A stretch of DNA of 64,000 nucleotides from the human T2T-CHM13v2.0 reference genome, Homo sapiens. Positions 40,809 through 55,104 of this stretch are shown here, piece after piece (position 1 is the first letter of the stretch; the number at the start of each line of letters is the position of its first letter). The stretch lies in NCBI RefSeq assembly GCF_009914755.1, contig NC_060937.1. One strand, written 5' to 3'. The notes beneath the pieces were generated by a model, which made no database searches, was not told the origin of the DNA, and saw nothing but the letters and a program-made list of their open reading frames with translations. The translations under genes were made by a program, and so were the position numbers.

Positions 40809-42677
40809 CAGTCCCCAGTGAGAATCAGTCTGAGACCTCTTTCCAGAAACATATACACGTACACAAATGCAGGGCCCAGACATAGATCTTCTATGAATAT
40901 ATGTATAAAGCCATAATTCAGAGGTTCCAGTCCGATTCTCAATAAAGGGTATTATACAGTACATCCATCTCCTATTACTCAAAAACCTCTCTTTAAGAAG
41001 TAAAAGCTTTATCCCTAATTGTTACAGCTTTTGAAAAGGAAAACACACCACAGTCCAATTTTCTACGCAAAGTAGGCTTGGCCACCTATCTTCCTTCTGC
41101 TCATAACTAAAATGTGTTGGCGGTTCTGTGTCTCCTCCACTCTTGCTGCCTGCCTCTCCTGTCCTCTATTTCCTTTAATCGTCACCTTCCACTTTAAGAC
41201 TCAGCTGTTGCACAAATAGCCAGATCTTAACCTTCTGAGTTTGCATACCCAAGCCATCAAAAACTGGTAGAAAAAGCCATCTTTCTCCTAAGTGGAAGGA
41301 TTCTGGATTTGTGAAATACCAGTCAATGACCATTAGCTTCTCCTCCAAGTCAGCCAGTCACATGGTCTTTGGGTCACAAGGCTGAGGGCAAGGGGATCAG
41401 AATTCATAGGAAAGTAATGAATAATGTTATTGAGGTTAAAGGTGAGATACGCAATCTAATATCTGATGATGGCAAATTTCCTAGCTTATTTCCACGTAAA
41501 GAAGAAACAACCAGGATTGAAACTAAATGTACCGCATACTGTTTTTTAACCTAGCCAATGCCGTAACTTCTATTGTGTTTTGAAGATTTGTAAAAATGTA
41601 TGGTATAGGACTCCAGATACAACAGTATTTTAGGTACAAAACACATTTGATAGAGATTTTCCCCTATCAAAATAGGTGAAAATGTGGAATAGAGATTCAT
41701 TCTTGCCTAAATACTCCTATTTCTACTAAGCAAAAAAAACTAGGTGAAACAAATTAACTCCTGAAATAGATTTTACAATTTAAATGAGTATGTATCAATA
41801 GGTCTTAGCCTTCGAAAGGAAGGCATCTTTTTTTAATGTATGTTTTTAAAAAGAACCGTTCACATGGAGTTTGTTCTGGGACCAGAAAAATAATTGGAAG
41901 ATCTTAATGAAAATATAGAATAAAGAAAACTATTTTAATAGAACAATAATCATCAAAATAGATTAAAATTTATGAATGCATATCTCCACCTAAGGAAAAG
42001 CAGCCATAGTTGTAAATAGAAAATTTTCTGAGCTTGAAGGTTAGAACTTTAAATGCCCTTCTTTTACATGGTATAACTTTTTACAAAATACTTTCGGTTT
42101 AACATCACAAGTTTTTTAATTACAGTGTTATCTTTATTCTACTTTGCCCCACACAAAAGGGACTGGAAATAATCTTGCATCTAGGAAAAATAACTAAAGA
42201 AAAAAAAAGAAATAATATTGCATCTAGTAAATTCCTTCCAATATTAATATTTATGAGTAGGCTAATAGTTAATCACTTTGAAACTTTATAGGAAATAATT
42301 ATAAAACATAAAAAGGAAGCTTGAAATATTTTTCCTCTGTTTATTATTTTTGAAATATTTTTCCTCTATCATTTTTGCAAACCATATATCGCCAGGTTTA
42401 CATACGGGTCCAAGGCACCTTCTCTCATCATTCCAGAGAAAAATGAAGTATCTCCCAACAGAAAGTATATAGCTTCACTATAATTCATCTGTGTGCGAGA
42501 CAGGGAAGGGGCATATTATAATGGGAAGGAACAGATTTTGACGCACCTGATCCATATTTGAATTCCAGCTCAGCCAGTAGCCTGCTGCATACTCCTGACT
42601 TCTCTAAACCTCGGCTTTCACATCTGTGAAACAGGGCCCACACTATCTTAGAAAGATATAGTAAAGATTACAAACAA

Positions 42678-42977
42678 GGCCGGGCGCGGTGGCTCACGCC
42701 TGTAATCCCAGCACTTTGGGAGGCCGAGGCGGGCGGATCACAAGGTCAGGAGATCAAGATCATCCTGGCTAACATGGTGAAACCCCGTCTCTACTAAAAA
42801 TACAAAAAATTAGCCAGATGTGGTGGTGGGCACCTGTAGTCCCAGCTACTCAGGAGGCTGAGGCAGCAGAATGGCGTGAACCCCAAGAGGCGGAGCTTGC
42901 AGTGAGCTGAGATCGTGCCACTGCACTCCAGCCTGGGTGACAGATCAAGACTCCGTCTCAAAAAAAAAAAAAAAAAA
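42678..42977 (+). mobile_element. AluY inserted in a MIR
   Basis: AluY diagnostics; TSD aaagattacaaa(c/t)aa; MIR core tttgaattccagctc...ctctaaacctcggctttcacatctgtgaaa upstream. Confidence 0.96.
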
Positions 42978-43266
42978 GATTACAAATAAACATGTTCCAC
43001 CCATGGTGTGTAAATAATAGGTCATATTTCATATTATTTGGACTATTCATTAATTGATTATTCAACGATTTTTGCGTGTTAAAATCTTGTTCTCCTAGCT
43101 GCACTGCAGAGCAAGGTCTCGCATCCATAGTTAGCTGGATGATGACATACTGAGATTTCTGCAAATTGATATGGATGTATAAGAGGCTGGATGTGCAAGG
43201 CAAGTGTACTGGCAAGTGTACCAGCAAGAATGAGGCAGTGTGATTCCTTCATCAAAAAACAGGTGG

Positions 43267-43559
43267 GGCCAGGAGTGGTGGCTCACGCCTATAATCTTAG
43301 CACTTTGGGAGGCCGAGATGGGTGGATTACCCGAGGTCAGGAGTTGGAGACCAGTCTGGCCATCATGGTGAAACTCTGTCTCTACTAAAAATCAAAAATC
43401 AGCTGGGTGTGGTGGTGCACGCCGGTAATCCCAGCTACTCAGGTGGCTGAGGCATGAGAATCACTTGAATCTGGGAGGCAGAGGTTGCAGTGAGCCGAGA
43501 TAGCGCTACTGCACTTTGGCCTCGCGACAGAGCAAACTCCATCTCAAGAAAAAAAAAAA
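43267..43559 (+). mobile_element. AluS (Sx-like)
   Basis: Full dimer; flanking repeat acaggtggg. Confidence 0.95.
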
Positions 43560-44563
43560 TACAGGTGGGTCTAAGAAATTTCCATTCTATTCCCCGCCTG
43601 TCCCTCTCTGTCTTTGTTACAGGATACCTCATCAAATGAAAACACAATGATGACCACATACACGGGTAACCAGAGCTATACTACCTTTCCTGGGAATAGC
43701 AGAGCACAGATGTAAAGACTGAAAGATGACGTGTTATATTTTGGTTTGTGATTCTGCTAATACCCCCAGGACAATCATTTCTGAAACTATTTGTACCCTT
43801 ACTTGTATTTCAGACTTTAGCGCACAGTTAAGGAACGATTTTTAATACATTTTCCTCCAGACTACCAGCATTTCTTTATCTATATTAAAATTAAAGATTA
43901 GTGTTAAAATTAAAAACTAGTATCATGAAAATCCACAAATAGTCATAAGATATCATTTTAGTCACAACTCCTTGCTAATTTACTATGACATCTCTATGTT
44001 TCAAAATTAAGAAGTCCAAGTGGCCAGATTTATTTTTAGCTTCATTTTAATTCTAAAAGCCCTAGCTTTTAGTAACAAGTGATAACGCTGTGAATCAGGC
44101 AGTCAACTAAAGGAAAAGAAGCAGCAAAGAACTGGGGTAGCAATTTGCCGGTCAAAAAGTTCAAAATTCCGAAGTGGGAAGGACATGGGGACAGCTGTGG
44201 AGTGGGGAGCTCCTTCCGCTGTGGGGTCCGGTTCGCTTCTGCCCGGGTGTGCACGGTTTCTCCTTATGTCTCACTTCTAACCACAGGACAGCCCTGGTGC
44301 AGACTCTAGCCTGCTCCTATCTTCAGATTGACGTTCAGCAGCTGAAGGATTATCTGTGCTGACACGTCTGATTAGAAATTACCAGTTTACTTTCAAATGT
44401 GTGGAGACCACAGAGGGGCCAACATTTACTTTCTATTCAGGTTTATCTACCTTGCAAGGAGCCCTAGAGGAGGCATCTCTTCCTTCTGCTTTATTACAAT
44501 TCAATTTTACTTGTAAACGAAACCTACCCCAGGGGATTTCTTAAATGTGAAGGTTTCGCTTAC

Positions 44564-44612
44564 CTCTTCCTGGGACCAGTGGCTCTTTGGCAATTCCATT
44601 TGGGACTTGTTC
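44564..44612 (-). other. Candidate 49-nt exon
   Basis: Minus strand: cttatttcctctacttttggagacatAG|GAACAAG...GGAAGAG|GTaagc; strong donor. Confidence 0.3.
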
Positions 44613-45037
44613 CTATGTCTCCAAAAGTAGAGGAAATAAGCCCATTTTTCACTGCTCTAATTTAAAATCATTTTAACAGAGTTCATACAGACTAGGTTTG
44701 GGTCAAAATGATTTACTAGTACAGCACAGTTAAAGTCAGTAAAAATACTGGGGCCATGAATGAGAATAGATTGCTTAGGTTGGTAGAGTTTACTGCTTTA
44801 AATTTTGTGCTAAGAAAACTGGTGGAGGCTGACATCAAAGATGGTAAATTAAGCATTAGTTCCAATTTGTGGTGTGACAGGTACTAGTATTAAATAGCTG
44901 TTCTCCCTATTTCACTAGGAAGCAAAGAAGCAAAGCTTTCATACTATTAACTGGAAAACAAAGAATAAAGTATGCTTACTTCACAAGCAAAAATAAAAAA
45001 TGGGAATTCAAATCTCTGGCTTTTTTCTGCATTACAA

Positions 45038-45402
45038 AAGAGTGGCTTCATGATTTCTGACCCGTGCAGCTCCAGAGGGTCACACTTGTTCTGCTGTCAT
45101 CATCTTGAAATTCTTAATAATTTTTTTTGAGACAGGGTCTCACTCCATTGCCCAGGCTGGAGTGCAGTGGGGTGATCATGGCTCACTGCAGCCTCGACTT
45201 CCTAGGTTCAAGTGATCCTCACAACTCGGCCTCCTGAGTAGCTAGGACTACAGGCATGCACCATCATGCCCAGCCAATTTAAACAAATTTTTTTTCTAGA
45301 GACAATGTCTCATTACGTTGCTTGGGCTCTTAATAATTTTTGAACAAGGAGCCCTGCATTTTCATTTTGTATTCAGTCTCCCAAATTATATCACCAGTCC
45401 TG
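45038..45402. mobile_element. MER91A hAT-Tip100 fossil split by Alu
   Basis: ggcttcatg...ctgctgtcatcatcttgaaattcttaataatttttgaacaaggagccctgcattttcattttg...caaattat...gtcctg. Confidence 0.75.
45121..45326 (-). mobile_element. 5'-truncated AluJ
   Basis: Right arm plus part of left arm; TSD tcttaataatttt. Confidence 0.9.
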
Positions 45403-45708
45403 CATTAGATATATGAACATTATTATTCTATTACCCTTACCTTCTTACCAACAGAATGTGTTTATTCATTCATTCACCCAATGTCCTAATCTGTTGAGAC
45501 CTACTGTGTGCTAAAGATGCAAAACGCTCCAATAAGACAGATAAACTCACGATCTTCATGGAGTTAAAAATGAAAAGAAAAAACAAAACAGTGAAAAATG
45601 ATAACACTTAGAAAAATACTTAAGTGCTAATGTGACCTTTAAAACTTTAACAAAAATTTCACTGGGCAGTTAAGAAGGTTACAGTATTCCTAAATTGAAC
45701 AAATATAC

Positions 45709-45771
45709 CTGATTTTGCTGCTCCTCCTGGTCTTCCAGAGCACCCCCGCCTTCTCTCCAACAGGCTACACC
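45709..45771 (-). other. Candidate 63-nt exon
   Basis: Minus strand: ctgctttctcacttAG|GGTGTAGCC...AAATCAG|GTatat; purine-rich (GAAGA/GGAG enhancer-like), frame-preserving length. Confidence 0.3.
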
Positions 45772-46031
45772 CTAAGTGAGAAAGCAGTGTTCCTCCAAGG
45801 AAAATTGAAGTAGCAAGTACTTGAGGGCCAAGTGTACGCATTTCAGGAAACTGCTTTTCAAATTTGGAAAGGTTAGCATTTTAGAAAGGAGCATATGTGC
45901 TTCCAAGTACAAGTTAAAAGAATGAAACTCAATGTGCACACACATTCAAGAGCTCCACTTGTCTCTAAGTATCAAGCTCTAAGCACCCCAGTGAGCTATT
46001 ATCCCATTAGATGTATTTGGATCATCTATGA

Positions 46032-46425
<394 letters not shown>

Positions 46426-47189
46426 CCAACAACTCAATATTAATGCTGACATTTGATAATATTTTAAAATAGAAATGTCTGGTAGCACACAAACAAGCAT
46501 GTCCTGGCAGCTTGCCAGAAAAGACACGTTATCCATCAACCAAGACTGAATTGAAGAGAAGTGTTCTCAGTGCATTCACCACCTTTAAAATACACACGGG
46601 CAGCATGTCTCAACCCATATCACTGGAAATTTCTCTTTTCCTTTCCAGGAAAAGAGCAACCAAGTTAGTTGTTATCTAAAGTAAATGGTTGAATCAATCA
46701 TCATGGAGTGATAGGACAAAAGCACCCTACTAAAGACCCCTGACAGAAATGATTAAATCAGCATAAAGCAACAGCCGCGGACTACCTCACAGTAACATGT
46801 TCAACTGTTGGGCATTTCTGTGCTGTCTGTATGAGTGCAACTAAAGTAGGAACAGATATAAGAAAATCGTCTTTTGAAATTAACTTGACCAGAGATATAT
46901 ACATTTAAACAGAATTTTATTTTAAGCATTCAGTCATTGGCATCCAAGACAGAAAACTGCATAGAATCTGCATTGTGCCATGAGGTGTGAGAGTGATGGA
47001 CACAAGAAGTGACTTAGCCAAAGGAAGGAAGGAAATTACCAGCACAACACAGAGGACACGGGGCAAGCAAGTCATGAACCCCAAATCAGTATCTTGCTCA
47101 GGTAAACACCTGAATTCAAAAGTTTCCAGAATACGTTTCAACAAGTCATCATTCAAATGCATATAAAAATTGTGACAGGTACAGGTTAT

Positions 47190-47800
47190 GCTAAGAGGCC
47201 ACAGTCGGGGGCCAGGGGAGCTGACAGTCATCTGTGGTAGATGGTGCTCTCCCAAATCCCCACCAAAAACATTGCTCATAAAGTTTCCCAGGAGCTCAGG
47301 AAAGAGAAGATTCCCTCCAGCTGGGCAATCAGAGGAGACTTCATGGATAAGTCAACATTCAAACCAGGCCTTAAAAGGCAAATAGGTTTGGGGTCTGTGA
47401 AGAGAGGAGAGAAAGGTGAAGGGAACAGCGTTCAGCAAAGGCACAACAATGTTATTCTAATCTTATGTAACCTCTCGTGTAACTAGTGCACAAGAAACAT
47501 CAGAAGATTCAGTGTGGCTAAAGTAGAATAAACAAGACCGGGGTGAATGGATGGTAATATGTCCAGTAGTGCCTGGGGTAACACTGTAGGAGGTCTTTAT
47601 CTTACAGGGAGCAGCCAAGGTATTTTGAGCATGAAAGGGCCATGCTCACACCCAAGAGGATTACTCTGGCAGCAACATGAGGCTGCATAGGAGTGAGGCA
47701 GGCATGCAGGAAGGGAGCCCAGGCCAAGGGCAGATACTCTCCACCCACCACAAGTCTTCTGAGCCATTTTGAAACAAATGTGATAGTGCATCAGGACACT
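47190..47800 (-). mobile_element. L2 fragment, antisense
   Basis: gctaagaggccacag...ggagacttcatgg...gggaacagcgttcagcaaaggcac...ggagcagccaagg. Confidence 0.55.
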
Positions 47801-49477
47801 AAACGAGAACAATATTTAATGCCAGAAGGCTTTTTAAATGGTCACCCAGCAGGTCATGACCCAGCAGGACATGACTCTTGTAACAGCATGCTTCCATGAC
47901 ATAGAGGTATATACTACATTAAGTAACTCTCTTATAGTAAATTCAAGACAATGAAATTTCTTGTCATTCTATCAGATTCAGCTTCTAGTTTCAGATTAAT
48001 TCAGTTTTACAGCACATTCTTCTGTCCCATTTCTGACATCAATTTCAAAAATTTTTTTATCTTTTTCTAATAATATACTTGTTACAGTTTTTAAAGAATT
48101 ATATACAACCATCAAAGATATTATTTTCTTTTTATTTTGCTCAATTCCCCCGAGGATCAGAAATGAAAGCTCCGAAACCCCTCAATTGAGCCCTAATCTT
48201 AGAAAATATCACTTCAACATACACCTGCAAATATCACTGGCAAGTTTCATTTTGTGAAGATAGAATAACGATCTAGCAATATAACATGATACTGAAGCTT
48301 GCTGTTGGTAGAATAACAATGGCATCTTTCTGAGGAAAAGAGTCTACTGACCAAAGCAATGAATTTATAAACTCCTCAGGGTCACAGCCCTGTAGTACAT
48401 TTACTTCTTTGTTCCCATAGTACCTATCACAGTTTCAAGCACAAAGCTGCAGCAGAATCTTAAGATTAAATGAGAAAATGTATATAAACATTTATTGTAT
48501 ATTACGAAGTGCCATATTAAAAGCAGCTGGCATTAGTTGACTTAGAACTCTAAAGAACTAATTGTACTTTTAATTGGTCTCAGTGGTTATGCAAAAGAGA
48601 TAAAAATACAAATTTATGAACAGGTAGTAATCAGACTATAAACACATGAAAGCATATGGGAAGAGAGATGGGGAATTAAAGATGGGGTCTCACAGAAGGG
48701 ACAGATGATATTTAAAATGCCATCAGAAGTAAGAAAACCCATTATGTGGTGACAGGTGTTAAAAAAAAAACTTGTCCAGACACTGAGAACATGCATAAGG
48801 ATATCTGCATGGCATCTCAAATTATGATCTGTGGAGGTCAAATATATCTAGTAACACAGTATATTTACCACGTCCTGAATAAGAAGTCACCTACTAATAA
48901 GAATATTACAAGTCCAAAAATCAGCTAGCTAAGGAAATGCAGTGGGAAAGCAATAGAAAACTAAAAGTAGATGAAAATAGAACCAAAGTCCTTTCTTTGT
49001 AGTTCTTCCTTTACAGTTCTTTATAATTCTTTACTGTTCTTTCTTAGTCTGCTTCTGTTCATTACGTTACCCCCAATATCTAGAATGTTTCCTGGCACAG
49101 AGCAGGATTCAATAAATATTTATGTAACCAACTGTTGGTAATAGCGACCATTTATTGGGAATCTACTTTATCATGCCTGATATTAGGTAACTTACATGTT
49201 TTTAAACTTCACAAAAATTCAAAGAGTTAATATTACTATTAGGACCTAATATTACTATTACATCCTGTAAACAAAGGACCTGAGGCCAAGAGTCTGTAAC
49301 TTGTCCAGAACCAGGAAACTGATGAACAGCAGAATTTAACCCTGTCTGTCCAGATCCTCTGTTCATTTGCTTTGCACGACAACACATGGCCATAGAGTAA
49401 TGTGAACACACGAATAAAGGTGGTACTTTAAGACTTGCTAATACAAGAAAAAAGTACTAACACTTCATTTTACTTAC

Positions 49478-49524
49478 AGACTTGAGGAAACAGTTTTTTC
49501 TGGAATCTGACTGCATGTAAAATC
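49478..49524 (-). other. Candidate 47-nt exon
   Basis: Minus strand: ttttccccccatgtgggatgctttAG|GATTTTAC...CAAGTCT|GTaagt; all three frames open. Confidence 0.25.
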
Positions 49525-51645
49525 CTAAAGCATCCCACATGGGGGGAAAATGTTATTCTAATCCCATGCTGTAAGTAATGCTACAGAAACAATCTGCCAA
49601 ACCCTACAAGCCTAACAAGCTAAATAAGGAAAGTATAGAGAAATGAAAATATTTCCCTGGTCCAATATTTTCCACCATCTTAGAATCCCATCAGATTCAG
49701 AGTTCCAGATCTGCCTCATCTGGACTGCAAGATTATTATGGTAAAACCACTCCACACAAAGTACAATTGTCTGAAATTACACTGAAGTCAAATGTACATC
49801 AAAAGGTGCCACACAGGGAAGAAGAGCTCACCGCTGTGTAATTTAATGAAACCTACTGAGCACCAAGGGCACAGACAGCCAAATTGAATTTTAAATGTTT
49901 CCTACCAGGAGGCTATAATCAGGATAGCCACCAGTGGGTGGATGAGATAAACGAACTGACTTTCTTCCACCAGGCGATCAAAATAGAATACCATCTTTAT
50001 GCATGAGACAAAAAAAAAAAAAAAGAAGAAGAAGAAGAAATTAAAATATTCAGCTTTCACAATCTCTCTCTCTCTTTTTTTTTTTTCTAACTACATGGTC
50101 ACTTCTAGATTCTGCTTTCCCCCAAGGTATCTTTTGTTAATGAACATCATAATTGTTTTCCTACTTTGATTTTTATTGCAATCTATTCCAGACCAAAAAC
50201 AAACCAAAAAAAAGTGCTATTCCTATAAAGTACAAACTTCTCCATCATCCTGGTCCACCAGCGTAGTAACTGTTAAGCAGCTGGCACTATCTGAGGGGAG
50301 GCTTAAAATTATGATTAAAGTAGACACAGCTAGGAGCTTGCCTTTCAACCAGCACAATCAAATGTAAAAGAAAATGTCAAAATTCAAAAGCCATGTGTTT
50401 TTAAGAGTAAATGAAGTAGTATCTACCCACGTGAAGGTTTTCAAAACACTGTTTTCATAAATCTATGTATTTTACCCTGATCTTTCTCATGAGCTCTATG
50501 CCCAGTGTTTCCAACTGTCCATTTGGCCTTCCACCTTAAAGTCCCTGCAGAACTTGAACCAAAAGCTGTCCAGAACTCAACTCATCCCCTTGCTTCCTAA
50601 ATCAGGCCTCCTGTAGACACATCAGTCTCCAAAAGCAGCGGCCTCATTCTACGAGGCTCATGGACTTGAAAAGAGAGAGCTGCTACTGATGCATAATCTC
50701 ACATGACAATCAGTTGCCAAGTCACGTCGACTGCATTTCTCATCCCATCTTTCATCTCGCTCTCTTTCTGTCTTACATGTCCCAGAGTCCAGGGTCTCAT
50801 TCTGCAAATCGCTAAGAAGAGGGTAACAAGACCCAACCATGTGAATTGTAGTCCAGTGAGACTTTTATCAAACTGGGGTATTTGGAGGGTAAGGCCATTA
50901 AGGAAATCAATGCAGAGCCAATCCTACAAAGCAGGATCAGGGGAGAGGATGGAAATGTAATGATCATGTGGCTACCACAGCTAACCCGCAACCAATGGGA
51001 AGGCATTTCACAATGCAGGAATTTGATCAGTAGCAAAATATTCAAGAGATCTGAACGTACCCTTGCCTGGCCCTTTTGTGGGGGTGTGGTTTTAATGGCA
51101 ATGCTGAAAATTCAGGAGAAAGGATTCAGGGTCTGCAGCTGAGTTTGGCTAAGACAGACAGACGATGACCTTGTTCCATAGCTTACCCAATATGTGTATC
51201 TTACAGGATCTTGAGGATATCAACCAAACAGCAATCATCTTAGCAGCTGCATCATTCATCTGTACAATTCCACACACCAGATTTTGAGCCTCCTGAAGAC
51301 AGACATCGTCATATTTAAGTCATTATTCAACACAAGGCCTAGCATCTGCCATTCTGCAAAGTAGAAATTGGATCAAAAGCTGCAAAATTGAACTGGGTTA
51401 AAAGTATATATACAACAGCTTTTCAAGGAGGCCATATTATATTAAGTCTCAGGTGGAGAGCAAACTATTATTGCATTCTCTGTCAGGCACTTTGGTAGGC
51501 TCTGGAAATAGTGCGGTGATTAAAACAGACCTCTGACCTTGGGGAGTTACAATCAGAGAAGAAAGATATTATACACCTAATTGCAAAAATTAAGTTATCA
51601 CAAGCATACAATATTTTATGAAGAAAATGTACAGGATGCCAAATT

Positions 51646-51952
51646 CTTTTTTTTTTTTTTTTTTTTTTAAGACAGGGTCCTGCTCTGTCACCCAGGCTGG
51701 AGTGCAGTGCACAATCTCAGCTCACTGCAACCTCTGCCTCCCAGGCTCAAGTGATCCTCCCCCCTCAGCCCCCTGAGTAGCTGGGATCACAGGCACATGC
51801 CACCATGCCTGGATAATTTTTATGTATTTTTTGTAGAAACAGGGTTTTGCCATGTTGCCCAGGCTGGTCTTGAACTCCTGGGCTCAAGCAATTCACTGGC
51901 CTCAGCCTTCCAAAGTGGTAGGATTACAGGTGTGAGCTACCACATACGGCTG
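51646..51952 (-). mobile_element. AluJ/early AluS
   Basis: Poly-T head; ccaggctcaagtgatcctccc; cttgaactcctgggctcaagc. Confidence 0.92.
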
Positions 51953-52229
51953 GGTGCAAAACTCTAACAGTTGTACCTCCCAATCAAATACCTAGACACC
52001 AGTGTTAACTTACACATTCAAATAATATGTAGAGAAATTCCAGAATGACATTTTCTCTTTCCAAATTACAATAATGGTTACCTCTACCTCACAAGGACTA
52101 GCATAAGTGAAAGAATCCAGGTGCCTTCCAGCCAACAAACCTTCAAGTTAACTCTTCCACGGTTTGCCTAAATGAACAAATTTCTCATGCAAGCAAGTAT
52201 AGGGATAAACAGCAACTCCTGGTTCATAC

Positions 52230-52720
52230 CTCTTCACCTCTTCATTGGCTTTTAATCTCATCAATATCCTGAACAAATCCTCAATGCAAGTCCTTCTGGC
52301 CACTGCCTCCCTCTCCAGCTTCACCTGACCCATCCTCCCTCGTGTCCTCCGGTCTAGTGTGCCTCGAAGGCAACTTGCTCCCTCACACCCAAGCGCCTCG
52401 TCTTGTCCCTGCTGTTCCCTCTCTGAGAGGCTCCCTCCCCTCCTCCTCCGTGTCAGGCCTCGACTCCAGCCTGACTTCCTTAGGAATGTCTTCCTTGGCA
52501 CCCTTCTAGGTCATGCCTGCCTGTGACATATTTTCTCTTTCTAATGTTTATCATGTCTGTAATTTTACTTTCATTTTGGGGAGAATTTGATTAATGTTTG
52601 TCTCTCTTGCTAGATTTAGATTATTAGTAGGCAAGATCCAGACTTTTCTGAGCAGCAATGTATCTCCAAGGCCTAGAGCAGAGCCTGACACCTAAAATAC
52701 ATTTGTTGAATAAGTGAATA
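52230..52720 (+). mobile_element. L2 3' part
   Basis: ctccctctccagcttcacc...gtatctccaaggcctagagcagagcctgacacct...atttgttgaataagtgaata. Confidence 0.65.
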
Positions 52721-52736
52721 AAAACAAAGAACCAAT

Positions 52737-53020
52737 GGCCGGGCACGGTGGCTCACACCTGTAATCCCAGCACTTTGGGAGGCTGAGGCAGGCAGATCAC
52801 CTGAGGTGGCCTGATGAACATGGAGAAACCCCGTCTCTACCAAAAATACAAAAATTAGCTGGGCGTGGTGGCACATGCCTGTAATCCCAGCTACTCAGGA
52901 GGCTGAGGCAGGAGAATCACTTGAACCTGGGAGGCGGAAGTTGCGGTGAGCTGAGAGCGCCATTGCACTCCAGCCTGGGCAACAACAGTGAAACTCTGTC
53001 TCAAAAAAAAAAAAAAAAAA
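52737..53020 (+). mobile_element. AluSp with an internal left-arm deletion
   Basis: Sp diagnostics acatggagaaacc and gttgcggtgagc; caggagttcgagacca segment (B box) missing after cctgaggt. Confidence 0.9.
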
Positions 53021-55104
53021 ACCATTAATTTTTTTCTTTATGTTTTTATATCTAGTGTGTACCAGGGTAACTTCCTTTAAGACTAGAGTTAATATTCTTC
53101 TTTGGAGTAATTTTATGGTAGTAATATTCTTACGTAGACCTGACTATAGAGTCTATAAAGGAACAGGCTTAATGTCTAGGATTATAATTTTCCCTTTAGA
53201 TTGGGTAATGCAAACCCAAGTAAGAAGGGCAAAACAACAAAAACAACATTCCAACATATACCAAACTGCAGAAAATAATGACTCCATTGTAGTTCCCTTC
53301 TAGACATGAAGAGAACATGGAAAACCTCATACTTTTACCCAAGACAACTGTGCACACACAGCCAGGAAGAAGAAATAATACAGGGAGCTTGGATTGTTAT
53401 GGGGAGCCAAATCTTGCCAAGAACGAGAAGTCTATGGTGACTCTGACCATGTACCTAGATTCCCACTTTCTAGCCACACACATGTTGAAATGACATAGTC
53501 CTGTAAGGAGTCCACTGCTTTATGTGTGTGCCCAATTGCACCCCACAGCACCCCAATACACCCATATGGAAGGTGCATTAGTAGATTACTGAGAGGGCAA
53601 ACAGGATAATCTCATCATAAGATGGCATTAGAGGCATGTGCTTTAATTCAACTTCTAGAGCTTGAGGGAATACACAGAAACAACTAGGAAATCCATGCCT
53701 CATACATAGTGAGTCTTGCTAAGGAGCACAATATCAAATGAGGATTATATTTTATCACAGAATCATAACATTTACAGCTTGCAGGCACATTGCTTTTCCC
53801 AAAAATGTGATATGGCAAATATATGAGAACTATAAATTACACTAGATTGACAAGAGTACGTTTTGTGTGTCACGGCCTTCAATGCAATTGGCTCTTGGGA
53901 CATACCATGAGCATTAACTCATAGACAACAATCAAGGGATAGCTAGTTTATTTGCTTTACTCTAATACATAGCTGTAACACAAATAACATAAGCTGTGAA
54001 AGCAATCTATTAGGTCTCCAGACTAAAAGATCAATTTACTACAGGTGACTGACAGCAATTTTCAATGGTAAACAGGTTGATAAATAACATTCATTTATTT
54101 CTTTATAAGTAAAATATAAGTATAATTTAAAATATCAAATTATTGATCAAGCTGTTTCTGTACCTCACTTCCGTTTCTGTCTATGAATGCTCCCTGCCCA
54201 CCTGTTTGCCCAATGGGACTCTCTTAGCCTCCTTTGGTTCTGAGGGCTGCCTGATTAGAGAATCATTCTTTGCTCAAATAAGCTATTCAATTCAATTTGT
54301 CAAAAGTTTTTCTTTTCATAGTATTATGTATCACGTGTTATGAGACATCCTTCTTGGGCAAAAAGGAAGCCATTAATGGTTATTGCAGGATGCTTAACCT
54401 AATAAAATTTAGGACATTTTAACTTTAGCTATGATTAAAATCTACTAGATTTTTCTCAAAAAAATATATGGGGCACCCTCACCCCATACCTTGTGGTAAA
54501 TCTGTTTCCATTCCCTGAACTCCCATCAGATCTCTAGACTAATAAAATAAGAATAGATTCATTAAAACATGGAGGGAAAAAAAGAAAACGCCAAATTGTT
54601 TATGAAAATGAGATGTATAAAATCACTCTTACATCTAATTATTGTGTGTATATATATATATATACACATACACAGCATTTCCTGCATTTTTAGGAAGAAA
54701 AAAAGAGTGTCTTTTTGTGTGAAGCAGTGAAGTTCAGTGACACTGTCAGCTGCTTTAGTTGTCATCAGTATTCCCCTTTTAAGCCCCCAGGTGTGCTGGA
54801 CAGTTAGTAACACATGCTTACATGCAGACCAATATGCAAATGATTCTAAAATCAGAGATATGCACATTGTAACACTGTATGATAAACCACATCTACATAC
54901 CATGGTAACGACAATATTTACTACTTTAAAAAATAACCCACTGAAAGCCAAAACAGTTGTAATTTATTGTATTTTCTTTCCCCCTTTTCATTAACTTTTG
55001 AGGAACTAGAAAGAAAAAAAGAAAATGCTGGCTACTTATATAAACAGAGATATAAAATTACTGAGATATTCATTCATTCATCTATTCATCTAAAAATATT
55101 CATT

